Below, in pieces: positions 54,493 through 64,000 of a stretch of 64,000 nucleotides of DNA (position 1 is its first letter; each line of letters opens with the position of its first letter). The notes under the pieces were generated by a model. That model had not been told where the DNA came from. It searched no databases and saw only the letters and a list, made by a program, of their open reading frames with translations. Origin of the DNA: Arcobacteraceae bacterium (GTDB lineage: Bacteria > Campylobacterota > Campylobacteria > Campylobacterales > Arcobacteraceae); NCBI GenBank assembly GCA_963662945.1, contig OY759974.1:448001-512000 (forward strand). Reading direction: 5' to 3'. The position numbers and the translations under genes are program-made.

Positions 54493-56094
54493 ATGCAAAT
54501 GTTTAATTTTGGGAAGACAGAAGAAGAAAAAGGACGATTAAGTGCAATGGAAGAAAACTTTGCAATCATATCGTTTGAACCAAATGGAACTATATTACAT
54601 GCAAATGAAAATTTTTTAAATGCATTAGGATATAAACTAAATGAAGTAGTTGGAAATCACCATAGAATGTTTTGTGATAAAACATATACAAATTCTAAAG
54701 CATATATTGATTTTTGGAATGATTTAGCCAGTGGAAAATCTCAAATTGATGAGTTTGAAAGAATTAGAAAAGATGGAACTTCTATTTGGATTCAAGCTTC
54801 TTATACTCCTGTTAAAAATGGTCATGGAAAAGTAACGCGTGTAGTCAAATTTGCCCAAGACATTACCGAATCAAAAAAAGTAATAGATGCTGTTAAAAAA
54901 GCTATAGATTTAGCAAAAACAGGGATTATGAAACAAACTATCAAAGAAACAACAACAAATGAGGGGATAGAAGAGCTTAAAAATGGTGTTAATGAGTTAT
55001 TCGAGGTTGTAGCTACTAAAGTAAATGGTGACCTTAATAAAGTTACAAATATTATAACTGCATCACAAAATCTTAACTTCACAACAAGAATAGATGGAGA
55101 GTTGGGTGATGTAGCAAAAGGATTAAATGAACTTTCTGATATTATTAATCAAATGCTTATAGAAAATAAAGCAAACGGACTAACACTAGATAATAGTAGT
55201 GATATATTACTTAAAAATGTAGATATCCTAAACCAAAACTCAAATGAAGCAGCAGCAGCTTTAGAAGAAACAGCAGCAGCCCTAGAAGAGATAACAGGAA
55301 ATATCTCAAACAATACCAATAACATTATCCAAATGGCACAATTAGCTTCAAACGTTACAGAGTCTGCTTCAAGAGGTGAAGCTCTAGCAAATGAAACAAC
55401 TCAAGCTATGAATGAGATAGATAAAGAAGTAAATGCAATCAATGAAGCAATTACAGTTATTGATCAAATTGCATTCCAAACAAATATTTTAAGTTTAAAT
55501 GCAGCAGTAGAAGCTGCAACTGCTGGTGAAGCTGGAAAAGGATTTGCAGTTGTTGCTCAAGAGGTAAGAAACTTAGCATCTCGTTCAGCAGATGCAGCAA
55601 ATGAGATTAAAGCACTAGTACAAAATGCAACTACTAAAGCTAATAATGGAAAAAAAATCTCTGATGAAATGATAAGTGGATATACAGCACTTAATGAAAA
55701 CATCACTAAAACAATAGATTTAATAAAAGATGTTGAGATGGCAAGTAAAGAACAATTAACTGGAATTGAGCAAATTAATGATGCAGTTAATCACTTAGAC
55801 CAACAAACACAACAAAATGCAATGATAGCTTCTCAAACACATGATGTGGCAGTAGATACTGATATGATAGCAAAACTAGTAGTAAGTGATGCAAATGCAA
55901 AAGAGTTTATAGGAAAAAATGATGTAAAAGCTAAAACTATGGATAAACATCAAACAGCTACTCCAAGTAGCTCACCAAAACCTCAAACTTCAAAACAAGA
56001 TATACCCAAACCTGTATCTCAATCTAAACCATCAAAACAAATAGAACCTATTAAAGCTTCTAAAAGTGACGATGATGAATGGGCAAGCTTTTAG
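54493..56094 (+). CDS. Soluble PAS-domain methyl-accepting chemotaxis protein
   Basis: PAS ([21 protein letters not shown]); MCP motif; terminal EWASF pentapeptide; no TM. Confidence 0.92.
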   Translation: MQMFNFGKTEEEKGRLSAMEENFAIISFEPNGTILHANENFLNALGYKLNEVVGNHHRMFCDKTYTNSKAYIDFWNDLASGKSQIDEFERIRKDGTSIWIQASYTPVKNGHGKVTRVVKFAQDITESKKVIDAVKKAIDLAKTGIMKQTIKETTTNEGIEELKNGVNELFEVVATKVNGDLNKVTNIITASQNLNFTTRIDGELGDVAKGLNELSDIINQMLIENKANGLTLDNSSDILLKNVDILNQNSNEAAAALEETAAALEEITGNISNNTNNIIQMAQLASNVTESASRGEALANETTQAMNEIDKEVNAINEAITVIDQIAFQTNILSLNAAVEAATAGEAGKGFAVVAQEVRNLASRSADAANEIKALVQNATTKANNGKKISDEMISGYTALNENITKTIDLIKDVEMASKEQLTGIEQINDAVNHLDQQTQQNAMIASQTHDVAVDTDMIAKLVVSDANAKEFIGKNDVKAKTMDKHQTATPSSSPKPQTSKQDIPKPVSQSKPSKQIEPIKASKSDDDEWASF

Positions 56095-56170
56095 GCTTGC
56101 CTATACCATTAGAAATAAGGCCCTGAAGGGGCAAAAATCCTTAAAATAATACAACGTTGTAAAGATATAA

Positions 56171-57391
56171 CTAAATCCCTATAGGCTCATTTGCTTCCAT
56201 TTTACATTCATTGTTTTTATTACATTCAATATTTGCATCTAGATAAAAAACTCTATCTGTATCTACTTTTAATTGCTCAAAGTAACCTCTTCCTTCAATA
56301 GCTCTAGTTCCTGTTCCACAAAACAATATCACTTCACCCTCTTTTGGGATAGCTTCTACAAATTGTGGTGCTTTTTTATCTCCAACATAAATATTGATTG
56401 CACCTGGTATTGTACCTGATTTAAAATCTGCACTTGAACGAACATCTACAAGAGTAACTGATTTTGGAAGTTGTTTATAATTTTTTATAAACCATTCACC
56501 GTCAACTGTACCTGTATCACTCCCAAGCATTAGGTTACCACTTTTGCTCATTTTAGGTTTTTTATCTACTTTTTTTGTTTGAGAAGTTTTAGAAGAACTT
56601 CCAGTAACTGGATTGCCAACATCTTTCCATTCAGGAAAACCAGCTGCATAAACTTTCACTTTTGTATACCCAAGTGCCACAAGTTTTTTTGCTACATTGT
56701 GTGATTTGTTACAAGCATAACCACCACAATATGTTACGATTGTTGCATGTTTATCAACAGGCATAAGATGTGCATATTTTTCAAATTGTGTATCTGGTAC
56801 ATTAATACTTCCAATAATAGTACTACCAAAAAATTTAGGCCAAGGTCTTGCATCTATAAATAACGCATCTTTCTTTTCAAATATTGCTTTGGCTACATTG
56901 GTATCTACTTCAACATAATTTTTTGCATTCCATTGTGGCATACCTGCAATATAAACTTTTACATTTTTGTGACCTTTTTTCAAAAGTTCAACAGCAACTA
57001 TTGGAGATTTTACACATTTATATCCACCACAATAAACTATTATCTCTTTTGATTTGTCAACTTTTCCCAATACACCCTCATACATTTTATCAAAACTTGT
57101 ATCGGGTAACGCAAGTGCACTTGGAATATGTGATGCTTGATATTTTTTCAATGGTCTTGAATCAATTATTATTGCTTTAGCACCATTTCGTGTACCTTCC
57201 CCAACTGCATTTAAAACATAATTATAATCTACAATTTCTAGCTTATTATCTTGTATTATCTTTTTAACAGAAACTGCTGCTTGTATATCAAATCGCTTTT
57301 GCTCAACACTTGATAAAGCAAATCCATTAGAACTTAATCCTAAAAACACAAATATAACTAGTGAGACTAATTTATTATTTATTTTTTTCAT
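56171..57391 (-). CDS. Exported triple-rhodanese-domain protein
   Basis: Signal peptide; three domains with YCGGYKC, YCGGYAC, FCGTGTR. Confidence 0.88.
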   Translation of the reverse strand: MKKINNKLVSLVIFVFLGLSSNGFALSSVEQKRFDIQAAVSVKKIIQDNKLEIVDYNYVLNAVGEGTRNGAKAIIIDSRPLKKYQASHIPSALALPDTSFDKMYEGVLGKVDKSKEIIVYCGGYKCVKSPIVAVELLKKGHKNVKVYIAGMPQWNAKNYVEVDTNVAKAIFEKKDALFIDARPWPKFFGSTIIGSINVPDTQFEKYAHLMPVDKHATIVTYCGGYACNKSHNVAKKLVALGYTKVKVYAAGFPEWKDVGNPVTGSSSKTSQTKKVDKKPKMSKSGNLMLGSDTGTVDGEWFIKNYKQLPKSVTLVDVRSSADFKSGTIPGAINIYVGDKKAPQFVEAIPKEGEVILFCGTGTRAIEGRGYFEQLKVDTDRVFYLDANIECNKNNECKMEANEPIGI

Positions 57392-57522
57392 GACTTCTCC
57401 TTAAAATAAAATTATCACTAAAAAAAGTAACCTATAAGTTACAACCATTTTATCTTCCTCTTATATGAATTGTATCATACTTTTATTAAAGATGAATTAT
57501 CATTCATAACAAAGGAGAAAAA

Positions 57523-58923
57523 ATGGAACAGTTAGTCAAAGAACAAATACAACAGCTACAAAGTTTGAATCGTAGAGATGCCTTGAAACAATTAAGTGTT
57601 TTAGGAGTAACTCCTTATTTGCTTTCTCAAGAAGTACAAGCTTCTGATACTCCACAAAAAACAAATGCTAGAATTGTAATAGTTGGTGGTGGAGCTGCCG
57701 GTATTACTGTTGCAGCAAGATTAACTCGTGCCTTAGATAATCCTAAAATAACTATTATTGAACCAAGTTCTAGACATGTATACCAAGCAGGTCATACTTT
57801 AGTAGGTGGTGGAATTATCAATGCTTCTAAAATCACAAGAACAACAGCAGAGTTTATTCCTGATGGGGTCAAATGGATTCAAGCAAAAGCTACAAATATA
57901 GACCCCGAATCCAATAAAGTTGAAGTTGAAAATGGGCAAGTGTTAGAATATGACTATCTTGTTGTATGTCCAGGTTTACAATATGATTGGAGTAGAATAG
58001 AAGGTTTAAACCCAGAACAAATAGGTGAAAATGGTATCAATACAATCTATACTCTTGAAGGTGCAGAAAAAACATGGAAAAACCTTCAATCATTTGCAAA
58101 AAATGGTGGAGAAGCAATCTTCACACATCCTGATACCCCTATAAAATGTGGTGGTGCTCCTAAAAAGATTTTATATCTTATGGATGACTATATGAGAAAA
58201 GAAGGGACAAGGAAAAAAGCAAAACTAACATACAATTCAAATAGTGGGAAACTTTTTACTATTCCTATTTTTGCAGATGCAATTAAAAAACATTGGGAAG
58301 AAAGAGATATTCATTATAATCTTAAACATAATCTAGTCAAAGTTGATATGGATAAAAAAATTGCCACTTTTAAAACTCAAGTGAAAACAAAAGGAGCTTG
58401 GGATCCTGATCTTGAAGAATTTGGAGAAATTATTGAAGATAAATATACTACAAGAGAGTATGATTTTTTACATGTTCCACCTCCAATGAGTGCTCCTGAT
58501 TTTATAAAAAGCACCCCTCTTCCTTGGGACAAAGGAGACGCAGGAAAACTAGGATTAATCAATGTTGATAAGTATACATTACAACACGTAAAATATAAAA
58601 ATGTATTCTCTTTAGGAGATGTTATAGGTACTCCTTATGGAAGAACTGGTGGAACTGTTAGAAAACAAGCGCCTGTTGTAGTAAAAAATATGTTAGATGT
58701 TATGGCTGGACGTGAGCCAAGTGCAAAATTCAGTGGATACACTGTTTGTCCTATTGTAACCAGATATGGAAAAGTTATGTTAGCTGAATTTGACTATACA
58801 GGAAATCCAGCACCAACTATTCCAGGAATTGATGTAGCAGAAGAACGATGGATGTGGTGGATTATGAAAGTTTACATCCTCGAGCCTATGTATTTTTATG
58901 GAATGCTAAGAGGAAGAGCATAA
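57523..58923 (+). CDS. sqr: Sulfide:quinone oxidoreductase-like flavoprotein with Tat-like leader
   Basis: NRRDALK, GGGAAG, KCGGAPKK, GYTVCP, LAEFDY. Confidence 0.8.
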   Translation: MEQLVKEQIQQLQSLNRRDALKQLSVLGVTPYLLSQEVQASDTPQKTNARIVIVGGGAAGITVAARLTRALDNPKITIIEPSSRHVYQAGHTLVGGGIINASKITRTTAEFIPDGVKWIQAKATNIDPESNKVEVENGQVLEYDYLVVCPGLQYDWSRIEGLNPEQIGENGINTIYTLEGAEKTWKNLQSFAKNGGEAIFTHPDTPIKCGGAPKKILYLMDDYMRKEGTRKKAKLTYNSNSGKLFTIPIFADAIKKHWEERDIHYNLKHNLVKVDMDKKIATFKTQVKTKGAWDPDLEEFGEIIEDKYTTREYDFLHVPPPMSAPDFIKSTPLPWDKGDAGKLGLINVDKYTLQHVKYKNVFSLGDVIGTPYGRTGGTVRKQAPVVVKNMLDVMAGREPSAKFSGYTVCPIVTRYGKVMLAEFDYTGNPAPTIPGIDVAEERWMWWIMKVYILEPMYFYGMLRGRA

Positions 58924-58930
58924 CTTATAC

Positions 58931-58963
58931 AAAGCATATTTTGTATAGTACAAAATATGCTTT
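58931..58963. terminator. Bidirectional terminator between sqr and metY
   Basis: AAAGCATATTTTGTA-TAG-TACAAAATATGCTTT. Confidence 0.8.
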
Positions 58964-58973
58964 ACTTTTTATG

Positions 58974-60239
58974 TTATGCTTCCAAAGCTATTCTTAAATC
59001 TTCTATTAAATCATCAGCATTTTCAAGCCCTATACTTAATCTAATAAGTCCTTGTGAAATACCAATTTTGGCTTGTTCTTCTAAAGGTATTTGTTGGTGT
59101 GTTGTTGATGATGGATGAGTAATAATAGATTTTGAGTCACCAATATTTACCACTATTGAAAACAGTTTTGTATTATCAAGTATCTTCCAAGCTGTTTCTT
59201 TATTGGCAACTTCAAAACTTAATAATCCACTACATAATCCATCTTTAAAATAGTGTTTTGACAAACTATTATATTTATTCGTTTCTAATCCTGGATAATT
59301 TAGATTTGAAACTTTTGGATGTGATTCTAAAAATTTTGCTACTTTTAGAGTATTGTGACTATGTTTTTCAATTCGTAAACTCAATGTTTCTAAACTTTGT
59401 ATCAAAGACCACGAATTAAATGGCGATGGAGTTGCTCCAATATCTCGTAAAAGAGAAAGTCTAATTCGTAAATTAAATGGTGGAAATGGCAAATCTGTAT
59501 ACACTAAACCATGATAACTCTCATCAGGTGTAAAAAAGTGTGAGTATCTTGGATTGTCTTTAAAAAACTCCAATAAACCATCTCTATCTATAATCGCACC
59601 ACCCAGTGCTAAACCTTGACCAGAGATATACTTACTACAACTATGGACTACAATGTCTGTTCCATGTGCAATTGGATTTACTAAATATGGAGTTGCAACT
59701 GTATTATCACAAATAGAGATAATCCCATGTTTTTTTGCAACTGCACTAATAGCTTCTATATCTGCTACAGCAATTTGTGGGTTTGAGAGTGACTCAAAAA
59801 ATATCGCTTTTGTTTTATCATCTACAAGTGGTTCTATAGTTGATGGATCATCGAGATTAAAAACTCTCGCTTCTAAACCAAACCTTTTTAAAGTATGTTT
59901 AAAAAGTGTTACACTTCCCCCATAAATTTTATCTGAGATAATAATATTATCCCCTGCTTCTATTAAATTTGAAACAGCATAAAATATAGCTGCTTGACCA
60001 CTAGATGTTGCTAATGCACTAGCACCACCTTCAAGTTCAGCTAATCTAGCTTCTAAAATAGCTGTTGTAGGATTTGTCAATCTTGTATAGATGTTTCCTA
60101 AATCTTGCAGAGTAAATCTGTCTGATGCTTGTTTTGCACTATCAAATGCAAATGCCGTTGTTTGATAAATTGGTACAGCAGTTGTACCTTGTGTATCTTT
60201 TTCATATCCATGATGGATTGCTATTGTTTCTTTATTCAT
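58974..60239 (-). CDS. metY: O-acetylhomoserine sulfhydrylase
   Basis: VPIYQTT, IYTRLTNPT, HSCSKYISG, NIGDSKS..HP.STTH. Confidence 0.9.
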   Translation of the reverse strand: MNKETIAIHHGYEKDTQGTTAVPIYQTTAFAFDSAKQASDRFTLQDLGNIYTRLTNPTTAILEARLAELEGGASALATSSGQAAIFYAVSNLIEAGDNIIISDKIYGGSVTLFKHTLKRFGLEARVFNLDDPSTIEPLVDDKTKAIFFESLSNPQIAVADIEAISAVAKKHGIISICDNTVATPYLVNPIAHGTDIVVHSCSKYISGQGLALGGAIIDRDGLLEFFKDNPRYSHFFTPDESYHGLVYTDLPFPPFNLRIRLSLLRDIGATPSPFNSWSLIQSLETLSLRIEKHSHNTLKVAKFLESHPKVSNLNYPGLETNKYNSLSKHYFKDGLCSGLLSFEVANKETAWKILDNTKLFSIVVNIGDSKSIITHPSSTTHQQIPLEEQAKIGISQGLIRLSIGLENADDLIEDLRIALEA

Positions 60240-60356
60240 TATTTGTCCTTTTATTATATTCTTTTTTGTATTTTTGATTTTTTAAACTTTTGTCAAATCT
60301 TTTGGGATATACAACCAAAGCTTATAATAAAATTCAAATAACTTTCAAACTTTATT

Positions 60357-60419
60357 TTAAGTTGCATACCCCTTACGCATGGCGATGCTTCGCATTAGTA
60401 ATAAATTATTGTATTGCAT
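60357..60419 (-). CDS. 20-aa upstream ORF between cysK and metY (not in ORF track)
   Basis: MQYNNLLLMRSIAMRKGYAT with AAAGGA RBS. Confidence 0.45.
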   Translation of the reverse strand: MQYNNLLLMRSIAMRKGYAT

Positions 60420-60439
60420 TTTTTTCCTTTTAATTACTC

Positions 60440-61360
60440 TTAATTATACAAAGAGGCACTTAAGTATCTCTCACCTGTATCACAAAGGATGGTTACTATA
60501 ATTTTCCCTTTATTTTCAGCTCTCTTTGCTACTTGTGTTGCTGCCCATACATTTGCACCAGCAGAAATACCCACTAGTAACCCCTCATTTTTCGCTAATT
60601 GCCGTGATGTTTCATAGGCATCTTCATCATCAACTTTTATTACCTCATCAAATATTTTCGTATTTAATACCTCAGGAATAAATCCAGCTCCTATACCTTG
60701 TATTTTATGTGGTCCTGCTTGTTCTCCTGATATAACAGCTGAACTTAAAGGTTCTACTGCAATAATCTTAGCATTTCGATTATGTTCTTTTACAACTTCT
60801 GAAATTCCAGTCAAAGTCCCACCAGTTCCAACAGCAGCTACAATAATATCTACTTTTCCATCTGTATCTTTTAATATTTCTAATGCTGTGGTCTCTCTAT
60901 GCATTTGAGGATTTGCAGGATTATTAAACTGTTGTGGCATAAAACTATTTTTTATCTCTTTTACTAACTCTTCTGCTCTTAAAATAGCACCACTCATACC
61001 TTTAGATGCCTCTGTTAAATCTATATTAGCACCCAATGCTTTTAAAAGTTGTCGTCTTTCCAAGCTCATAGACTCAGGCATTGTAAGAGTAAGTTGTAAT
61101 CCTTTGGCAGCACATACCATAGCTAAACCAATACCTGTATTTCCACTTGTTGGTTCTATAATTACCGTATCTTTATTAATTTTACCCTCAGCTATTGCTG
61201 TTTCAATCATTGCTAGGGCTATTCTATCTTTTACAGAACTACTTGGATTCATAAATTCACATTTACCTAAAATTTCGGCACCTGTTTCATTTGAAAATTT
61301 ATTTATTTTTACAAGAGGTGTATTTCCTACTAACTCAGTTACATTTTGTGCTATATTCAT
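60440..61360 (-). CDS. cysK: Cysteine synthase A
   Basis: NPSSSVKDRIA, EPTSGNTG, GTGGT, GPHKIQGIGAG, DTGERYLS. Confidence 0.95.
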   Translation of the reverse strand: MNIAQNVTELVGNTPLVKINKFSNETGAEILGKCEFMNPSSSVKDRIALAMIETAIAEGKINKDTVIIEPTSGNTGIGLAMVCAAKGLQLTLTMPESMSLERRQLLKALGANIDLTEASKGMSGAILRAEELVKEIKNSFMPQQFNNPANPQMHRETTALEILKDTDGKVDIIVAAVGTGGTLTGISEVVKEHNRNAKIIAVEPLSSAVISGEQAGPHKIQGIGAGFIPEVLNTKIFDEVIKVDDEDAYETSRQLAKNEGLLVGISAGANVWAATQVAKRAENKGKIIVTILCDTGERYLSASLYN

Positions 61361-61370
61361 TTACTTATCC

Positions 61371-61784
61371 TTATATGTAATATACTAAATTAGAAGTGTC
61401 TTTTTCTAAAAATTCTTCTAATTCTGTTATTGTAATTTTAAAAATTTTTTCCACTTTTTTTTGAGTATCTTCCCAAAATGGTTGTAAAATATTTTTTTCT
61501 GTGTTATCATCTGTTTGTGCAAAACAACACTCCAAAGATTGTAATACATCAAATACTGTTATTATATTTGGATCTTGTGCTAGTTTGTAACCACCGTTTG
61601 CACCTCTTATACTAGTAACAAGCCCCGCTTTTTTTAATACCACTAAAATTTGTTCAAGATAATTTTGAGGAATTCCTCCTCTTAAAGCAATCTCTTTAGT
61701 TTGTAATAATTCACCATCTTTTTGTTTTGATAAGACAAGAACTGCTGTTAAACCATATTCACCTTTAGTAGATATAATCGCCAT
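61371..61784 (-). CDS. Rrf2-family regulator (CymR-like); start MAIIST at 61784
   Basis: STKGEYGL, YLEQIL..LKKAGLV.S.RGANGGY.LA; heads cysK-metY. Confidence 0.88.
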   Translation of the reverse strand: MAIISTKGEYGLTAVLVLSKQKDGELLQTKEIALRGGIPQNYLEQILVVLKKAGLVTSIRGANGGYKLAQDPNIITVFDVLQSLECCFAQTDDNTEKNILQPFWEDTQKKVEKIFKITITELEEFLEKDTSNLVYYI

Positions 61785-61814
61785 TATGAACTCCCTTTTC
61801 AAACTAATTACGAA

Positions 61815-61890
61815 ATAATATCAAATTTTTTATTTAATGTCAAGTAAATCTATCAAGTTACTTGACATTAAAAAATTTATTTGTTACTAT
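61815..61890. promoter_or_regulatory. Back-to-back sigma70 promoters joined by a perfect 15-bp inverted repeat
   Basis: Plus: TTGACA(61862)-17-TACTAT; minus: TTGACA(61843)-17-TATTAT; both with TGn; IR 61833-61872. Confidence 0.85.
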
Positions 61891-61921
61891 TCCGTTATAT
61901 TATAAAGAAAAAAGGATAAAT

Positions 61922-63001
61922 ATGTTTAATTTAGCAAATTATGAAATTTATGAAATAATCAATATTTTAGGCTTATTACTAGGAATTACCTTTGGTATGG
62001 TGGCTCAGAAAAATCAATTTTGTTTTAGTGGTTCAATCAAAGATTATATTTTAACAAATAGTACAAGAAGAGCTTCGTCTATTATTATGGCGATGATTGT
62101 TGCAATAAGCTCAACCTATCTAATTTCATTATATTTTGAAATAGATTTAACACAAACAAATTATTTTAGAGAAAATATTAACTATTTTTCAATTATATTA
62201 GGTGGCATATTATTTGGAATAGGAATGATGATTGCTGATGGATGTAGTAGTAGACATTTAATCAAGTTTTCACAAGGTGATTCCAACTCACTTGTAACAG
62301 TTATATTTATAGGAATATTTGCTTATGCAACCACAAAAGGTGTATTTCATAGTTTCATTTCTCAAATTACTAATAATCAAACTTTAATAAATATGTCATC
62401 ATATATTGAAAACATACAACTAAATATCTATATTGTAATTATACCTTTACTCATAGTATTATGGATTTTAACAAAAAGCTTTAAAAGAATTGTATCTCTA
62501 AAAGATGGTTTTATAATTGGATTACTTATCCCAGTTGGTTGGTATGTAACAGGGGTTATTGGTATTAATGAACTTGATAGACAAATCAGCTTAACTAGTA
62601 TGACTTTTGTATATCCTACAGCTAAAACTCTAGAATTTTTTACATATTATGAAGTGAATGAACTTTCATTTACTATAAGTATTATTATAGGAGTTATTTT
62701 GGGAGGATTTTTTATGTCAAAAATTAATAAAAAATTCTCATTTGGTTGTACTTCCAATATTAAGACGAGTAAATTAAAAAATAGTATGATAGGTGGTGCT
62801 TTAATGGGTATTGGTGGAGTTATGGCGATAGGTTGTACGGTGGGACAAGGTCTTACAGGATTATCAACATTAGCATTTGCATCAATATTGGCTATATCTT
62901 CAATAATGCTTTCAGGATATATTACAGCTATTTATCTTAATAAAAAAGAGCAACTTCCTATGTGTTTTGTTTTTGATTGGGAAGATAAAGACTTAAAATA
63001 A
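61922..63001 (+). CDS. YeeE/YedE sulfur-compound (thiosulfate) transporter; likely start 61922
   Basis: QFCFSG, GMMIADGC, GVMAIGCTVGQG; AAAGGA RBS. Confidence 0.88.
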   Translation: MFNLANYEIYEIINILGLLLGITFGMVAQKNQFCFSGSIKDYILTNSTRRASSIIMAMIVAISSTYLISLYFEIDLTQTNYFRENINYFSIILGGILFGIGMMIADGCSSRHLIKFSQGDSNSLVTVIFIGIFAYATTKGVFHSFISQITNNQTLINMSSYIENIQLNIYIVIIPLLIVLWILTKSFKRIVSLKDGFIIGLLIPVGWYVTGVIGINELDRQISLTSMTFVYPTAKTLEFFTYYEVNELSFTISIIIGVILGGFFMSKINKKFSFGCTSNIKTSKLKNSMIGGALMGIGGVMAIGCTVGQGLTGLSTLAFASILAISSIMLSGYITAIYLNKKEQLPMCFVFDWEDKDLK

Positions 63002-63021
63002 CAAGAAAGATATTATCTAAA

Positions 63022-63675
63022 CTAAAATTCAGATAATATCTTTAGTTGTTCCTCTTTTGTATAATTAAATTTAAACTCACACTCTTTTAAGTAGTGAAAA
63101 AAATTCGCATCATTTATTCCCTTATATTTTAAAATATAGTTTTCAAAAAAATTCCAAAATTTAATAATTGTATTATCAAGTTGTTTTGTTTTTGCAATCT
63201 TATTAAACATCATAAAACGTGAAAACTCTTTAAAATAAACCTCTTCTAAATTATCACTTTGAAACTGTTGCTTATATCTATTAAGATTTGGCATAAGAAG
63301 ATTATAAACTTTATTTTCATCATAACAAAAAGTTAAAAAATTTTGTGCCTCAAAAATATTTTCTTTTATTTTCTTTTTAGTTTTTGGTAAATACACATAC
63401 TCATCATATTCTTTTGTTTCAAATTTTTCATACTGTTCTTCTAAATAAGAGATCAGATATTCTCTATAAGAAACAAATTTTTTTTGCACTGTTTTATAGT
63501 TCATTTGTAAACTTTTTGCTGTTTCATTAATATTTTTATTATTACAAAAATATTCACAAATTTTTTGCTCTTGTAAAATTTTATTTGTACTAAATTTTCT
63601 TTTACATTTTGAACATTTTTCCTGACCAGTTTTTAACTTATAGGTAACGCTATGATTACAATATGGACATCTCAT
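63022..63675 (-). CDS. IS1595-like transposase homologue with degenerate catalytic motifs
   Basis: Zn ribbon CPYC..CSKCKRKF; FW......KYKGI....F..YLKECEFKFN. Confidence 0.7.
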   Translation of the reverse strand: MRCPYCNHSVTYKLKTGQEKCSKCKRKFSTNKILQEQKICEYFCNNKNINETAKSLQMNYKTVQKKFVSYREYLISYLEEQYEKFETKEYDEYVYLPKTKKKIKENIFEAQNFLTFCYDENKVYNLLMPNLNRYKQQFQSDNLEEVYFKEFSRFMMFNKIAKTKQLDNTIIKFWNFFENYILKYKGINDANFFHYLKECEFKFNYTKEEQLKILSEF

Positions 63676-63797
63676 ACGCTATTGTATCATAATTAGTACC
63701 AAAAATACATAAGAAATGATTTTTTTTATATTGCTTTTAAATATTTTAGTCAAAATATGAATGTTAATTCACAAAGTAAAAATTATGAGGAGTGAGT

Positions 63798-64000
63798 ATG
63801 AAAATTTTGGCGTTAATGTTAGTGTTGTCTAGCTTAGTTTTTGGGCATACAAATATGCTTGAACATGGTGGTTTTATGAGTGGCTTTATGCATCCTATTA
63901 GTGGGCTTGATCATATTCTTGCTATGCTTGGTGTTGGTATGGTTGCATTTTATGCTACACAAAAAGGGTTTTTAACTCTTGTTGCTTTTATAGGTGCTAT
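63798..64000 (+). CDS. HupE/UreJ nickel transporter; 3' end runs off the window
   Basis: Not in ORF track. MKILALMLVLSSLVFGH..GFMSGFMHPISGLDHILAMLGVG; GAGGAG RBS. Confidence 0.9.
   Translation, partial: MKILALMLVLSSLVFGHTNMLEHGGFMSGFMHPISGLDHILAMLGVGMVAFYATQKGFLTLVAFIGA

Overview
Very AT-rich chromosomal segment, most consistent with an Arcobacteraceae/Campylobacterota diazotroph (inferred from gene content and GGAA..TGCA-type sigma54 promoters). It carries a dispersed Mo-nitrogenase region: nifH-orf-nifD-nifK, nifA, nifT, fprA-nifQ-nifS-nifU-clpP, nifX-family/cowN/Sel1-Nfu/nifX, and a lone nifE; no nifN, nifB or nifL is seen in the window. It also holds two modAB sets with modE/modC/modD, glnA-amtB-glnK, three diguanylate cyclases and one HD-GYP protein, two MCPs, hypF and a sulfur cluster (rhodanese, SQR, metY, cysK, rrf2, yeeE). 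Reading the DNA gives seven sigma54 -24/-12 promoters that define a likely Nif regulon containing several uncharacterised genes, three ModE boxes, a 17-bp palindrome shared by glnA and amtB, and two small ORFs absent from the ORF track. The most unusual items are two TonB-receptor-to-c-di-GMP signalling operons (one containing a DUF917 enzyme), a HicB-like/Sel1/Nfu fusion, a uORF plus long G.U-rich hairpin ahead of metY, and a probably domesticated IS1595-like protein. All product calls come from motif recognition by eye, not database searches.
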